This document shows, one piece after another, positions 62,950 through 64,000 of a stretch of DNA of 64,000 nucleotides. The number at the start of each line of letters is the position of its first letter. The stretch's first letter is position 1. Below the pieces are notes generated by a model that saw nothing but the letters and a program-made list of their open reading frames with translations, ran no database searches and was not told the DNA's origin. A program made the position numbers and the translations under genes. Source of the stretch: Candidatus Rifleibacteriota bacterium (GTDB lineage: Bacteria > Muiribacteriota > Ozemobacteria > Ozemobacterales > Ozemobacteraceae); assembly GCA_024710525.1 (NCBI GenBank), contig JANJUP010000022.1, positions 128,001-192,000 of the forward strand, written 5' to 3'.

Positions 62950-64000
62950 TCAGCGGCGATTGTAATAGTCGCGCATTGCTTTTTCGGTGAGGCGGTTCAA
63001 AGTTGCTTCGTCACGCTCTTCTGAGTCGAAGGGTATGGCGACCGGAATAATCTTTGCGGTTTTGGGGGCGACCACCTGCAGACCATTCTGAATTCCGCCA
63101 GAGAGCTGACTTTCAACCGTAGAAATGGTTTTGTTGGTAAGCGATTTTTTGAGAAAGTCAACGATCTTATTGAGGTCCGGGGCGGCTCCGTCATCATACT
63201 TGGCCTTTTCGAGGCCCGAGGCGAGGATTTCTGATTTGGCCACACCGTTCCAGCCGCCAAATGTCTGCAGCATTTTACCGTTTGCCTCGTCGACGATTCC
63301 GCCGAGTTGTTTGTCAATCTGCTGCTCGGTCATTCCCTGTGACCGGAGCTGGTTAACACGCATGTTGACGTATTCGTTGCGGAAAGAGGTGGGTTTAACC
63401 ATGGCAGAGGCATTGTAGGCGCGTCTGACCACATTGTCGATTTCGGCCTGTTTGAGTTCAGCCTGTGAGCCGCCTTTGAGGCGATCCATCCAGTGGGCCG
63501 CATCGCCGCCCTTGTATTCGGTGCGCATGACTTCGACGCCATTTTCGTCGGTTACCACTACATAATGTTTGCCGTCATTGCCTTTTTCTACCTTGCCGAG
63601 AAGTTCCTGGGTCTGGCGGTTGGCCTTTTCTTCCATCTGGGCAAGTTTCATGGCGTTGGCTTTGGCTGCGTCATCGTAGCCCTTTGCAACTTCGGCCTGG
63701 GCTTTGACTCTCAGCTCCTGGGCGTCGAGATCCGCATTTTCCGGCTTTTTACTCAGTTCCTTGATTTTGAATTCGACGTAGCTTTCGCGACCAAGTGAGC
63801 GGGCGAGTTCAGACTGCCGGGCATATTCGATATCCTGTGCCACCTGTTTTTCGATATTTTTGATGACAGCTTTGTTTTCGCTGGTGCTCTGAGCGTTGCT
63901 GGCGTCGACCTTTGCCTTCTGATAATCAGTGCGCAGGCTGTTAACTTCACGGGCATACTGTTTGAGAGCCTGAGAATATTCCTGTTTGGTGGCATAATCG
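62950..64000 (-). CDS. Hypothetical Lys/Glu/Ala-rich helical protein (5' end outside the window)
   Basis: The reading frame is open from 64000 down to the stop at 62950. The six-frame track begins at a GTG (63843), but no stop lies upstream, so the gene probably extends past the window edge. Confidence 0.5.
   Translation of the reverse strand, partial: DYATKQEYSQALKQYAREVNSLRTDYQKAKVDASNAQSTSENKAVIKNIEKQVAQDIEYARQSELARSLGRESYVEFKIKELSKKPENADLDAQELRVKAQAEVAKGYDDAAKANAMKLAQMEEKANRQTQELLGKVEKGNDGKHYVVVTDENGVEVMRTEYKGGDAAHWMDRLKGGSQAELKQAEIDNVVRRAYNASAMVKPTSFRNEYVNMRVNQLRSQGMTEQQIDKQLGGIVDEANGKMLQTFGGWNGVAKSEILASGLEKAKYDDGAAPDLNKIVDFLKKSLTNKTISTVESQLSGGIQNGLQVVAPKTAKIIPVAIPFDSEERDEATLNRLTEKAMRDYYNRR

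Noticed and set aside
1-64000. Mobile elements, integrases, transposases, toxin-antitoxin pairs or phage genes that would mark the region as a horizontally acquired island.
   Set aside because: None were recognised. The flanking genes (dxs, glgB, trxA, ftsZ cluster, murI) are core housekeeping genes. The sensor array therefore appears to be chromosomal expansion rather than a mobile island.

Overview
This 64-kb window looks like chromosomal DNA from a Gram-negative bacterium, probably an anaerobe (rubrerythrin, DUF1858, ferritin-like genes; lipobox lipoprotein; RND pump). It contains a partial aldo/keto reductase, a YitT-like membrane protein, and an RND efflux operon (secreted protein, RND permease, adaptor) followed by rubrerythrin. 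Its dominant feature is a ~19-kb array of six paralogous ~1000-aa membrane sensor proteins, each built as 4TM + two extracytoplasmic domains + HAMP + PP2C/SpoIIE phosphatase. The six fall into two alternating subtypes (A-B, A-B, A-B) with overlapping start/stop codons. One convergent polytopic membrane-protein gene interrupts the array. Downstream lie lexA, an FHA-GAF-GGDEF protein, a coiled-coil protein, an ECF sigma/anti-sigma pair, trxA, glgB and dxs. A seven-gene minus-strand operon follows: MBL hydrolase, rlmH, cheR, cheB, ferritin-like protein, sugar phosphotransferase, DUF1858. After that come nnr, an OMP-like protein, a Cys-rich small protein, a Zn-ribbon/beta-propeller membrane protein, murI, a BMP lipoprotein and a radical SAM gene. 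The dcw cluster here is abbreviated (ftsZ-ftsA-ftsQ-murG-ftsW-murD) and abuts larC-larB; larC is split by a frameshift at an A11 homopolymer. I found no CRISPR arrays, tRNAs or mobile elements. Many large antisense ORFs in the six-frame track are shadows of real genes and were not called.
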